64,000 bases of DNA, from the NCBI GenBank assembly GCA_012295275.1, contig CM022670.1, positions 37,758,001 to 37,822,000 of the forward strand. Reading direction: 5' to 3'. A program made the translations under genes and the position numbers. The notes under the pieces are model-generated. The model ran no database searches. It was not told where the DNA came from and saw only the letters and a program-made list of their open reading frames with translations. Of this stretch, positions 1 through 16,887 are shown piece after piece. This DNA is from Chrysomallon squamiferum. Its lineage: Eukaryota; Animalia; Mollusca. Position 1 is the first letter of the stretch. Every line of letters starts with the position of its first letter.

Positions 1-462
1 TAATGTTTTTCGGAAAGCTATATAGTAATATACAGTATATAGTTTAAATCAATGCTTGCATATATAATGATGTCATTTGGACTTATTAATTTAGAATTTA
101 GGGGGGATTTTGGTTTTAAAAAAAAAAGAACAAAATGGCTGAAGAACTGTGAGAAACAAATTGAATATATAATGATGATATAAATTAATAAAAACCTTGC
201 CTTAAAATAGTTTAATTTCACTTAACAAACTGTCATTATCAATAGATGTTTCTCTATCATTCAGATACTGTTTGTGTTGATGGATGAAACTGATGTAAAC
301 TTCAACTTTTCATTGAAGATTACTGAAAATTGAAAAGTTAATGACTTAGTTGATAAACTTTGTGATACTGACAATAAAAGACTGAAATATTCCAGTTATG
401 AAATATTTCTTTTGACAAATGTCTTTGTGTTTAACAAGAAGGTCAATGTTATATAATGGAAT

Positions 463-565
463 GTTTTTTCCAAGTTTTATGAAATATTTATTATTATTAA
501 TCTTTTATGTAACAGAAACATGATAGGTTAATAATAATAAATATTTCATAAACATTGGAAAAAAC
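463..565. repeat. Near-perfect inverted repeat (hairpin) in Rab10 intron 1
   Basis: 463-500 GTTTTTTCCAAGTTTTATGAAATATTTATTATTATTAA matches the reverse complement of 528-565 at 36/38 positions. The inner bases pair further with G-U wobbles around a loop at about 511-517. Confidence 0.8.
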
Positions 566-3234
566 TTTTAGCCATTGCTTATGTTTGTCAGAATTGTCTG
601 ATAATAAAATCCTTAAAAACAGTATTCATTGGCAGCTCTGAGATAACTGAAATGCAAAGTCATATTGTCCAGTTGACAAGTTAACCTAGAATAATAATAA
701 TAATAATAATAAGAAGAAGAAGAAGAAGATAGAAAATAAAAGAAAATAGAAAAAAAAAAATCCTTACATAAAAAAAATAATAAAAAACAACCAAAAATTT
801 CTTTATTTCAAGTAAATCCTCTTACATTTTTAAGTAAAATACATATGCATATTTCTAGTTATAATTTTTAATGGCCAAACAAGACCACAGTAACACCCCT
901 CCCTTCAAAAAAACCCTACCTAGCTACAACTAACCACCATAAATAATAATCTTAGGTATTAGATTATATGTCTAAAAAAATATTAAATATTTGTTCACAC
1001 TATGGTTGTTATGTCAAATACCTTGCATGTAAAATAATATAAAGGTAGTAACTTGTAATTGTTCAATTCTTTAATGAAGGTTACATGTATTTAATATGAT
1101 TTACAAGTACAAACCTGATTATTAAGTGTCATTATAAAAACAAAAATAAACACTGGACAGTATGGTGTGTGTTAGTGTGTGCATGCATCATTGCATGTAT
1201 TTCAGAATTGACATATTACATAGTAAATCACAAATCTGAATAAGCTAGTAATTTTAAAACTTTAAACAAAATTAATATCCTGTTTTTCATCTTGATACAT
1301 ATATATTCATTTAGAAACAGTCAATTATTCAGAATGTTTTAAACTGGCTGTAAATGATACATTGTTGTTTGGCAAAAATTGTTTCCCAATATTACTATAT
1401 TTATAAATGATATTACTTTTAGGTAATGCTGTTTCTAGATTTGACCTTGTTTCAATGTCTTGTTTATCATCATAATCATCAACAAATAAACCAGATGTGT
1501 TAGACAATCTGACGTCTACAAATTGTTATCAACAGCCCAACATTCTTAGCAACAGTGTAGCCAGAGCATTAATCATTTAATATAACTTCCTGTTTTTAAA
1601 ATTTGAAACCTGTCATTAAATTGTTTTTGTGTTACTTATGTCCCACATATGAGAGATATTTGTTTATTATTGTAGTATTCTGTTTCTTGCATTTTATCAT
1701 AAATGGTGGTATTTCATGCCTCAGTATGTATACATTATTATGTGTACATTTAATCTTTTGATGATAGAAAATTCTAAAAGTTGCAAACCACCCAAAAATA
1801 AAAGAAACAAAAAAGAAAAATCAGGCAAAATACAACTATTACCAAAAATGTTTTAAAAAAATTTGTGTCTATTTTCTTTTGTTTTCATATTTGATAATTT
1901 AAAAAAAAAAATTTAAATAGAACTTTGGATTCATACAGAGAAAAACATTTTTTTTTTTTTTTCTTTAATCTGGTATCATGCTTACTTTATGAGATACGAT
2001 GTTTTTATTACTGATGGCACTGTGACATGAGCCATTTTCAACCACTCACAACAAACGTTATCTTGATTGATTAATATACGACAATGATACTTGTTTTACT
2101 ATTAAAAAAAAAAGGTCAATTAATGAAAATGAGAAAAATACACAAAATGACATGCTTAAATCTGCAAAAAAACCACAGTTTTTGACAATGTCTCAGTTTA
2201 TTTCTGATGATTAGTGTTGTCTGGGATTTAAAAGCCTGAAATTACTCCATATAGATAATAATCATTGTATTCTGCTTGATAATAGGATCCTCCAAACATG
2301 AGAAAAAGTCCACAATGACTTGTGTGGATATAGACAGTCACTGCACTGTAAAATGAAACATGGTCATAATTTCAAAATTATGGCTTGGATTAACTTACAA
2401 TTTTGAATGAAAAAAACAACACAGAGTGTTTCTATCATTAACTTCAATTTCAAACATTATCAGTAAAATACTGGGTTGAATTTGTACTTACCATTTACTT
2501 GTTATAAATCTGCAGGCTGTGATGGTACTAGACTATATTGAACTAACAACACATCCAACAATGAATCATTATGCTTTTGTGATTTGTTAGTTGTATTTTG
2601 ACCAGATATGTCTTGTAGAATGTGTTGTGGAGAATGAGTTTCAAATTTTTATATTTTTATTTTTAAGTGAAAAGTGAATAAATAGTCTGATGTACTTGTT
2701 ATTGACTGTTTCATTTTACTATTAATACTATTCTGTGGAGACATTTAATATTAGTTCAAACAATTCTTTATCCACTAAGTGTCTTCAACTTCTTGTGACT
2801 GTCAGTTACCTTCAGACTCACACTGCGATAATAAGTCCAAGTATATTTCTTCAGTTTCTACTTTATTATTAGGATCATTTGAATTAAAACAAAATAATAT
2901 GTTTCAATAATTAACAGCTCCGTGTTTAATGAATTATGTATAGAATTATTCCAATATATTTAAATTTAATTATTTTTTTTAATTTTGCAGTGTTCATAAC
3001 TTCATTCACTTGTTTTAAGTAAAGGAAGGTCATATTTATAGCACTTAAAATAATATTGCTTTAATGTGTAATAGCTACTTTTATTGTAACTTACCCTGAA
3101 TGGATACAAATATCTATTCTGTACATACATGGTTATAAATCTTAGTTTTTTTTATCCTGTAATAGTAAATATATAATTTCTCAAATGAATATATTTTCAT
3201 AACAATTGTACATTATAATTCTTCTTTCTTTCAG

Positions 3235-5705
<2,471 letters not shown>

Positions 5706-8700
5706 AGACTTCATTAACTATGTTATCTATATATATATATACATATAAATAAAACAAAAATCTATATATATAAATAATGTGGCACCTTGCTCATGTTGTG
5801 GACTTTATAAAAAGTTGTGTGTCTGCAAAATTCCAGTCTTGGTGCTAGAATTGTTAAAACTACTGATGCCTGGTCATTGTAATGTTTTCTGTTTTGCCAT
5901 CAGGTAATATTCAAGAAGCTACGTCAGCAAGCTATATTGTTTACTGGGGATCATTTTATAAAGAAGGCGACTTTCTCGATTTTTTTTTCCCTTCTGATAA
6001 AAGGGAATAACTGCTTCGTGGGATGGAATTTTTTAACAAGGAACAAGAGTTCAAGTTGTTTGTAAAAAAAAAAATAAAAATAATAATCACAGATGTTGTC
6101 CATGTGGATCAGTGCTCAGATGTGATCACAGCAGAATGTGTACATAAATAAGTATGAACCTTAGATTTCATCTGTTTATTATTGCTACAGCTTGCAGTGT
6201 CTCCGTTCCTTAGTCTCTCTGACCTCTAACCCTTGCGGGTGGGTGGGTGTTATTTAAAATGGTGGATTGTTTTATTTTTATTAAGTGAATCTGTGGCATA
6301 AATCTTTTACATTTTCAACGTATTTCATATTTATTGTAAATTTTAGTTTTCCTTGATATAGTAAAAAAAAAAAAAAATTCATTATTTTTTTCTTTTCATT
6401 TGTTTTATAAAAAAACACAGTCATTATGTGTATTATTTTATGTAACATTCTTAATAATATTTTCAGTTGAGTCTAGTAAAAATAATTATTATATGTGTAC
6501 TATAATTTTCCTCAGTATTGTGAATAGATATATTATACAGGTTTGTTTATTATTTCCTTTGATATGCGCAAAGTGAGGCTGAATTTTGTCAGTGTGTGAG
6601 TGTTTTTAGTTTGTGTGTGTTTTCTTTGGGTCAGATGCAAGAGTTGAAATATTATAACAACTGCAGTTATTTTCTGTCGCATTTTATCAAAATGTAAAAT
6701 GAATGGAAAAGAAATTATTCTGTTCCCACATACATAGATATAGAGGATTATACATGTATAAATATATTTGAGGAAACATTAAGTAAAATGGTTTTGAAAT
6801 AAGCATATTTAATTTTAAAATTAAAAAAAAAACAAATTTATTCAGAGATTAAACTCAAGGAAACATTTTATCCTTTTCTTCTTTTTTTTTTTTTTTCGTT
6901 TTAATTTATTTTATTTTGAAACATGAGAAGTACTATTGCAAATAAAATATTTCAACTCTTGCAAACATTTTGTTTTCTTTTGGGTTATTACAGGGTTCTG
7001 AATTGACATTCTTAATGAAAGTGCAAGATGTATTTTTCACATTCTTGCATTATAATGTTACATACAACCAAACAGTTTGCATCATTAAAATGCCTTAGAC
7101 ATTGTGGTGGGATAAAACTAGCTTTCAAAGCATGCATAAAACAAATGGATCTTTGTTGTCCCAAACACGTTTTTAAACCATCACATTTGCTTAAGTACAG
7201 TTGCAGATCATGTGCAGCAAAATATTGATTATAGAAAATGTTAAAAGTAAATGTCCTGTTCTACATAGTGGCTTGAAAATCTGTTTGTAATTTTGCATAT
7301 AACAGCTCCAAATAAAAATTGCAAATGAAATTCCAGCTAAATTGTTTTTTTATTATTATTTTGCTATTTCGTTAGCTCTTACTTCCAGCTGTTTGGTTTT
7401 TATGTGGACTTTTTCAGGACCTTTTGTTCTAAACCATTCTTAACTTATCAGTGCTGAATGCTGATTGCAAAGAAAAGATAACATCTCTAGAACCTCTATC
7501 AGTACATTGTTTTTTTTCAATCATAAGTTTAATGGAAATTTTGGCAGGGATTTTGTTTAAATAAGCATAATAAAAGCCTGCAGCTCCCTAGGGTAATGTG
7601 CAGCTTTTGGATGAATATACACATTTACGAAAATGACTGGATATTTTGAAAAAAAAAAAAAAAGGAAAAGAGATTATTTCAGAAACTTCAGTAATGAGGT
7701 GTAGACTGATATCTAGTTTGTTGCATTCTTTGAATTATTTTCAGATTATGTTTGCATTAAATAAAAACCCAAACAAAACAAACAAGAACACATTTTATTG
7801 TAGGTAATAGGATTGGGTGGGGGAGAGTAAGTTAAAAACTGGTTAAGTCCAGTTCAAAGTTACACTTGAGAATTAAGAACAACAATAATCCCATTTGTTA
7901 GAGTTGTCTAAATTGTAAAGTGATAGTTAATTTTGTTAATTGCATTATCTAACCACTTCTATTTGTATACAGATCTGTTCGTTAACCAGTTTGAAGACAT
8001 TGTCATAATAAGTTTATTAGAAATTACATCCAAAATGTTAAAGGTGAGGGTATGTGTTTTAAGAGACTGTTCATAATTTAATGATTTCAACTTGTGAGAA
8101 AATATACATACTATTGAATTTTAATTGGTGTAACTTTCAAGATAAATACAGGGTTTGAAAAATGTAAGACTAGGAATTCTGTAATCTCCACCACTATAAT
8201 TTATTTTATCAGAATGAAATACGTTAAGATTTTTATGTCAAAAATTTAAAACTGTGTATCTTAAATGGATTCCTAATTTTAATTAAAATTTATATTCTGA
8301 TATTATTGTTTCACATTATAGTGTAAAGTATTTATTCTGTAATTATTAATGAAATGTATTTTTGTGCAGCATGTAATTTCTGTTAATGTGTAAAAAGTAA
8401 AATACATTTAAAATTAAAAGAATTACATGGTTGAGTAATCAACCATAGTTTTGACAGCAAATAAATATTTGTTTTACAACCACTTCCTTTGTTACATTCA
8501 TGGAATTTGTTAAATCATTCCTTCCATTGTTGCATTCAGATCTATGCTTGTAGAGTCTAATATTTGTTTTTATAGAGTATATTCAAGCTGTAAGCACTAC
8601 TAATTGTTATGCAGATAGTGAAAACAGAATTATGCCATTTGGACTGGGGAAATATTAAATAGGTATATTAAAAATTCATTTCTTTGTGACCTTTCTTTTA

Positions 8701-10110
8701 AAAAAGGTATTTTAAAATTTACATCATATTTAATTTGTAATTATATGAATGATATTTGAAACAACAAAACTAAAAAAAAAAAATGAGTAAAAACTTTTGA
8801 ATTCAGATATTTTAAATGGTTTACTACCAAGTACTGAATTGTTGATTTAACTGACACGAATAAGAAAATGGCTGCCTTATGTTATCTTAATAAACCAATA
8901 GAAATTTCTCATACATTAGAACGTAATTTTCTGTGATTCACTGAGCATCTAATATTTAAAAAATTTGATATAAAGTTAGAAATGGAAAAATATCTTCAGT
9001 TTGCTGTGATTAGATATGTAACATTTCTATTGAAAGAAATGATTGTACATGCATTATTATTTTAATTTTTGTTCCAATTTTATTTATACTAAAAAGAAAC
9101 CTACAAAAAACAAAAACTCATCATTATAATATTTTTTCTTCTTTTGCTTTTTTACTTTTTTATTTTTTAATACAAGATTTCCATAACTACTTTATATATA
9201 TATATCATTATATTTAATACGCATTCATAATAAGGTTAAAGTCTTTAATAAATTAAAACATGAACACTAATGCTTAATACATTTTTAATTTAATTGTTAT
9301 CATAATTTTATTATTAAATTTGTTCCAGAAAAATAACTAGCTCATATTAAATCCTTTTACCTTGTGCATGGTAATATATTATAAATTTAATATTATAAAT
9401 AATAAGTTATATTCTACATGTACATTTAACTATTTATTGTAATTGTTGCTCAAGTGAAGCTTTGTAAAAGTATCTGTTTTTGTGGGTTTTTATCATTTTC
9501 TGAAATTGCTGTAACAGTGATAAATAATTATTATTATTATAAACACAACAGTGATGTTGCTGACACAATTAAGAATTAGTAACAATACCTGTTTCACCTT
9601 TAAACCTTGTTTCAACAATGTATTTTAAAATGGCATTTGAAAATCTGTTGTTTGAAATAATAAAAAAAAAATGTCAATTGTTTTCAATAATTGATGTTTT
9701 CATTAAGTTGCCAGATATGTCTTGATGATGGTATATTTATAGATGCCTGAGTTTTTAAAGTTTTTAAAATAGCAACACAATTTAATAATCAATTTTCAAT
9801 ATATTTAGAATAATTGTACATTCTTCTTTATGATATTTTATAAAAAGAAATATAATTTTATTATGGAATTAATATTTATTTAATCTTTATTACTTTTCCT
9901 TCTCATTAAGTTAGTTTTTTCCTGTGTTGTCAAAAAGTCGTGTTCTCAAAAGGAAAAGAAAAAATTAAATGCCACCATCTTTATGAATACAGTGTGTAGA
10001 AACCTACTTTCTTTCTTTATTTGTAATAAATTAGTTTTAATTTGAATGTTCTTGTTTTAACTGTAAACTGATTTACATTATTTATTTAAATGATAGCATT
10101 TTACAAATAC

Positions 10111-10165
<55 letters not shown>

Positions 10166-10413
10166 CATATTAAAACCACAAGAAAACTATCCTACTTTTC
10201 CACTTTCCTCAGTAATGTTTGTCAGTACTTAAAATAGTGAATTTAATTTTTTATGTGTAACTATTTCAGATAGAAAAAAAAAAAGAAAAAAGCGGTAAGT
10301 TCATCTGCTGCTTCTGGATATATCAGAGGTACAGCTTGCAAACACTTGATATCATTCATATGTTTAATTAGTATGTACATAGCTTATACCATAACTGTTT
10401 GAAGTATTGAACA

Positions 10414-10419
10414 AATAAA
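10414..10419 (+). promoter_or_regulatory. Candidate distal polyadenylation signal of Rab10
   Basis: AATAAA followed about 20 nt later by a T/GT-rich tract (TTATTGTTTTTTCTTTGTGTT), near the end of the CpG-poor block. AATAAA is common in this AT-rich DNA, so support is weak. Confidence 0.3.
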
Positions 10420-13034
10420 AGAAAATGCTTACATACAATTTTATTGTTTTTTCTTTGTGTTCTTGACGTATTTTCAGTTTTAATTTTAACTTGTTCATAA
10501 AACATCACATCAATTCTTCTTCATTTTAAATTGTTATTTTGTTAAAATGTTGTTTTTTTTTAAAATAAAAATGAGAGAATCAAATGCATGTACAAGATGT
10601 GAGTGGTTGCTCCTGCAATCCTGTGTATGTTTTTTTTCATTTCAGTTTCAAATGGTTTATCAAAGATCATGGTAACTACTTTCCTGATTATTGAAATGTG
10701 CACGTGAATGACAATGCTAGTAACTGAAAATGGCCTCCATTGTTTTTTTAATAAAAATAAATAGGAATGTATTCAGGGACCATACAAATGAAATAATTAT
10801 TATAAATTAATAAATAAAACATTGCATAGAACATATATTATTATTTTACTATACGAATGATAATTTTAAATGGTATTTTTCAGAATAAAATGATAATTTC
10901 TCAATTTTATACAGACACGCACACACAACCATAACTTTTGTACGTTTGGAGCTTGAAATGTCAGGGGAGATAATCGTTTCCACCTTAAACTAACGAAGCG
11001 GTCTTTTTACAGGCCATCTTGAATGTCAAATATATATATAATATAGTTGCTTCTTCTTCTTGCATTATTATCATTGTTACCACTACTTATTTGACAGTTT
11101 AATGTGTAAATTGTTATGTACTGTATTATATAATGATTATCAGTGTTCTTAAGGTGCAGAATCATCAAGTAAAATGTCAGTAAATAAATAAATACAACAA
11201 TAATATGAACAAACAGTATAAAAAAATACACATTTAAATGTAACAGAATCGAGTCTTTGCTGTAAGTAGTTACATGTTAAATAACTACAACTATTAAATA
11301 TTGTTATATAATAGTGTGCTTAGTTCTAACTGCAGTATTCCCCAGAGGTAAAGGAAATCTTCGTTCGTATTACTCAGGATGACATCAGTGAATCCACTTT
11401 ATCTCAGTTAACTTACATAACTGAATATAACAGGAAAGCTGGCAGGAAATCGTCGTGTTTAAAATCAAAGACTGGTTATTCGAGATATTTATTACAATTT
11501 CGTTAGAAGCCGAGTTATCGACTATTGTCGTATCCGTCAATGCGCTGTTAATCATTTAATTACAATTCTTTAATTTTAATTTTAATAGTTAATTGATGTC
11601 AAATTTATTATTATTATTATTATTATATGTTAATATGCGTATATCAATATAGTATAAATTAAGTATAACTGTTTTAAATAATTGTCCTCTTTGTCGTTTA
11701 ACTCTAGTAAATTTTGAACAGTAAGTGTTTACTCCTCCAATTTTTTACATTTTATTTGGTCACGCATCGGGAAATACGAAGTCATTTTGACATTTCGATA
11801 CGCATAACAATGAGACGCACATTGTTGTTGTTCAAACTACACACACTGACGCCACACGCAAAGCGAAAATTCTAGAATGAAACGAACGTGATGTTCTATT
11901 GGTTTCGGGGAGGAAAACACGTTGTTTATATCGAACCCTCATGCTTCAGTAATCTCGCTTGGCCGTCTTGCGTAACATGTTGTTCAAAGTATTTAATTTC
12001 TTACATAACATGTTGTTTTTAAAGTATTTAATTTCTGTTTTTTAATTTATACACAAGGTGGCTGTGTGTCCTTTGTCTCAGTAACTGTGGTGTGAGATCG
12101 TTGAAGTTTGATCTTATTTATTGTGCGGATTCGCATTGCAGGTGTGATGAGATACCTTCTGCTACTCAGAAATCTCGTGGCTAATAAATGTTTGATTATT
12201 CTATAAAAAAATTAAACTTGGAAATATTAAAAACACATTTACGAAATTATACTCTTGTATACTTGTACTATAAAGAACACTGAATAAATGTATAAAAATC
12301 CTATTTCATTATATTTTTGTTTCTGTCCTTCACTTCTGTTGATAAATCCGCTATCATAACTTAATGACAGTCTCAGTCTGTTTACTACAAGCATACAAGC
12401 ATTGCCTGATTAAACCTGTTACTGAATATACAGCGAGGGCCCCCTGAAATATAGTCAAAACGAAAAAAGAAAGTTAACGAAATATTTTCAGTTAATCTCT
12501 GGTCCGTAGTCCTTAATACCAAATCTTAATCCAGCAAAGACTACTGGCAAAATCAAACATTTAATCCTGCCCAAGAGAAAAGGTATGAGTTTATTGTATA
12601 ACAATACTATTATTTTCTCCCTAACAAAACATATACATAAAATATGTCAGTATGTGATGAGTAATAATATTATTTCTAAAAACTAAAGTACACGAACGAA
12701 CTCGATATATCGATTAACAACGTATTTCTAAATCTTGCTAATTATAGAAATTACCCGCTTGTCCGCTGTCTTGAATTGAGACCATTTATTAAACACATTT
12801 AAAATTTAAAGAAATTGCGTCGACATTTCATTATTATTAAGCTTATTATAGTTAGAACTGCCATTTAGTCGAAGAGTATTTTCAACTGTGTAATCTGCAG
12901 CAAAATGATTAATTTATTTCCTCGATACTCGGAAAATAAAATTTTAACTAATCCTAGCATTCGGCAGTCCCAGCAAACTGAAGCTATATATGCTATAACA
13001 CTAAAGATAACTACAGAAGTATCTGAAAATACTA

Positions 13035-13042
13035 AATAATAA

Positions 13043-13088
<46 letters not shown>

Positions 13089-13114
13089 GTAACAGTAGTA
13101 GTAGTAGCAGTAGC

Positions 13115-13145
<31 letters not shown>

Positions 13146-13375
13146 ATAGTAATAATAATACTAATAGTAATAGTAGTACTAGGAGTAACAGTAGTAGCAG
13201 TAGTAGTAGTAGTAATAATAGTAATAATAGTAGTAGCAGCAGCAGTAGTAGTAGTAGTAAAAATTATAATAATAATACTATTATTAATATAATAAGAACA
13301 ACAAGAACAATAATAACAATAATAATAATTATTATTATCATCATGATCATCATCATAAATCAACAGTAGTAGTAA
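13035..13375. repeat. Compound trinucleotide microsatellite (TAA/TAG/CAG/CAA/CAT)
   Basis: Visible runs of TAA, then TAG interrupted by CAG, then CAA/CAT; source of the poly-T/poly-I ORF 13001-13363. Confidence 0.95.
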
Positions 13376-13674
13376 TTCACATAAGTAAATAAATAGTTAG
13401 ACAGATAGATTGATAAATAAATAAATTATTAAGTGTGTAAATAAATAATAACACTTGTAGCCGTAACTCGTAGTGAGGCACGTAGCAGAGACAGCTTCCA
13501 GCGACTTTTGTACCCTTTGTAGAAATCGGTCACAGTCATGACTTGTCCACAATCTGGGAACAAACAACTTCACGTAAAACGTGAAACATACTTTAAAAAA
13601 AAAAAATAACAACTTACCTACCAGGGTTTTAAAATAATGTATAACTAGAAAGAGTTAGAAATGGTTTAAGAAAA

Positions 13675-13712
<38 letters not shown>

Positions 13713-13973
13713 TATTCTGATCAGTATTCTGTGGCTTGTAGATCATAGGAAAGTACGTTTAAATGGTTTTTTGTTTGATGAATAATTAAAGTAAGAAATG
13801 CTGGTAATGGGTCGCCTCTCTTGTTAAAGCGTAACATTTTAAAAAAACCATTGTATATTTAATAAAATGATAACCGTTATTAAGATGACTGGAAATGTCG
13901 TTTGTTCTTTCATTTGCATAACATAGTATACAAATTACAGCGGATCTAATTCATATGAATTTGGATTACTGCA

Positions 13974-14004
<31 letters not shown>

Positions 14005-14761
14005 ATTAACGAAACAACAAACAAAGAAACAAACTAATAAATGAATAAATAAATATCGTCTGTAAATTATTACGTTATAACAGTACTGATGAATTAAATT
14101 AATGAGGTGGAATTCTGGGTAACAGGGCGTTTTAGAAGCATTATTCGAATAACAATATTTGAAAATAACACACTTCAAAAGTTTCACTAGGTATCTAAAA
14201 TTATTTCATTTATTAAATTATATATATATATATTTCTTCTCTTTTTTTTCTCGTTTACTAGAGGGCTATACTCCAATCAAATTACTGTCCTCATTTTTTT
14301 TTTTTTTTTCTTTTGAACTACTCCCATGGCAACATCTGCTTGCTTTGATTTAAGAGTATATTTACTTCTGTAAAGTTTGGGTTCAGGGTTCATCGGAAAA
14401 CGCTTCTTTAGAAACGTGCTGAGAGTCCAGCTAAACAAAATCAGGTCAAGTTTAATGATTAATAATTTAAGGATCTATGCCAAGGAAACTGGTTCAGGCG
14501 CGGCACCTGTTACAGATTATAGAGTGGGGTGGGGGCGTTTAACATATAATGAATGAATTTGGAAAAAAAAAAAACACCCCATAAACCCTCCAGATACAAA
14601 CAAGAATAAACAACAACAAAAACACACAACATAAAAAAAAACAACACCAAAACAAATCAAACAACAAAACAAAAAATAAAATAAAATAAAATAAAAACAA
14701 AACAAAGCAAACCACAAACACCATCACAGAACTAAAGAAAGAATGAACAAACAAAACAAAC

Positions 14762-14795
14762 ATTATTGTTGTTGTTGTTTTTGTTCTTCTTCTTC

Positions 14796-14860
<65 letters not shown>

Positions 14861-14861
14861 T
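14762..14861. repeat. (GTT)/(CTT)/(ATT)n microsatellite
   Basis: Visible directly. Confidence 0.9.
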
Positions 14862-15374
14862 ATGAATTTCAGATTCTACAATAGATATCTATAATTAAGC
14901 AAATATATTAATCTGGAATGAATGAAACAATTAAACGATATTATCATTTTAGTAATTGTGTGTTGGTAGTCGTAACAATAATAATGATAATTATACATAT
15001 ATGCATACATACATACATACATACATAAAAAGAAGGTATAATCTCTCAGTTATACGTACTGAACAAAGAAAAACAATTACGAAAGGGAAGCAAGATTATT
15101 CAAAATCGAATAAACATTTCCGAAGGAATAGACGTTCGTTTTCACTGACGTCATCGGATTATGTGAGCGATCCCAGAATGCTATGCGTCACTGCCATTTA
15201 ACGTAGCTCGGTTTACGTACCAAACGATGCATAATTATATGCATTATGTTCCAAGACCTGAAATTCCTCCTTCCTTAGATAGGCATCACATTAATACTTA
15301 GCGACTTTAGAAAACAATGTATATAATAAAAGATTAAACATCTGCAGTTGAAAGTATAACTGACATTTTGTTTA

Positions 15375-15449
15375 ACACACACACACACACATACAACATA
15401 CATATATATATTTATACAAACATATATACGTAGATATATATATATACAT

Positions 15450-15494
<45 letters not shown>

Positions 15495-15520
15495 CACACA
15501 TACCCACACATATAAATACA
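15375..15520. repeat. (CA)/(TA)/(CATA) compound microsatellite
   Basis: Visible directly. Confidence 0.9.
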
Positions 15521-16333
15521 TACAGATGTACAGTAAACACCGTTTATTAACGGATAAAACAATGAACTGGAAAAATTGACAGAATGACGTCATTTGAAAC
15601 AAAGAAATTAAAATATGAACGAAAGGCAAAGTGTTTATTTGAAGGATTACGGCAGCGGTACCCAATACGTCTATCGCCGATGTAATACGGTAAAACGCGC
15701 GCAATTCGAAAAATTAAAAAAAAATATTCAAAAAATGTGCAAGTCATCAGAGTAAGGCAGCGACCATAAATATATTCATTTGTATTCAGAAAGGATTCAT
15801 GCAGTGATGCAAGGTGCGCCAACATATACTGTATATATAAAGTACATATTTAAATGAATATATTTAGCTTTTTTTAATACAAGTAGATCGTTTTAAAAGT
15901 AGCTCGCTCGCAAGCTGAAAATATGTGGACACCCCTGCATTTCTTGAACATCAGCAAATCACAGCACGCTTTACATTCATGCAACAGAGGCAGTGGAGCG
16001 TGTATCGTCAAACCAACAAAAGAATGTGATACTTCTCTTTCTTAAACGATGTACGCGGGCACTTATCTATTGATGTGTTAAATGTACGTCTAGGCGTTGC
16101 ACAATAAGAGAATATTATAGCAAGTAATATGAGGTGGGATGGAGCAGGAAGTACGAGATAAACTTGCTGAGAAGTGTCGCAATATATTATTTATGATAAC
16201 GAAAATAAAAAATTAAAAAAAAAGCTCATAATTTGGGGGTTAGATCACTTTGCACATTTTTTTTTTTTTTTTTTTTTCTTATGACTCAGATATTACAAGG
16301 AAAGATTGATGATGATGATGATGATGATGATAA

Positions 16334-16377
<44 letters not shown>

Positions 16378-16785
16378 AGTATATGGATGAAAGAAGACGA
16401 TTGTTTAATGAAGACTTTATTTATAATTATTTTAATTTTAATCTTCATAAAAGTGTTCATAGTAGTGTCGTTATATTATTGATGTATGTATATGTGTGTG
16501 TGTGTGTGTCTGTGTGTTGTGTGTGTGTGTTTTAACGTTTATCTCGAGGTAAAAGCAAAAAAATCACACAATTCTTTACTATACAATATGAAGTAGTCTA
16601 ATCTAATTTTAAATCCAGAGAAAGTGTCGTCTTTTAACTTTTTTTTTTTTTTTAAAGTAATAATCATAATCATAATAATAATAATAATCTTAATAATAAT
16701 AATAATCATCATCATCATCATCATCACCATGAGTAATAAGACGAAGATGACAACGACGCTGATGATGATGATGATAATAATAATA

Positions 16786-16843
16786 CAAGTACCGAACCAT
16801 TTATCCGGCATCCGGAAATCCGGATAATCCAGAAAACCGGCAA

Positions 16844-16887
<44 letters not shown>

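Noticed and set aside
1311-1600. Degenerate inverted repeat and a 60-aa minus-strand ORF in Rab10 intron 1
   Set aside because: Arm identity is too low for such AT-rich DNA, and the ORF has no recognisable features.
11385-11555. Minus-strand 56-codon frame with an acceptor and a GTAAGT donor (ALTDTTIVDNSASNEIVINIS...)
   Set aside because: No homology recognised and no partner exons found.
13001-13363. Poly-Thr/poly-Ile ORF resembling a mucin or membrane protein, and similar ORFs at 14.5, 15.3, 16.2-16.8, 17.3, 17.9, 19.6 and 25.0 kb
   Set aside because: These are translations of microsatellites, with no credible splice context or domain.
13397-13612. Complex island with a minus-strand acceptor and a 71-aa ORF
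   Set aside because: No family recognised in any frame; may be regulatory or repeat-derived.
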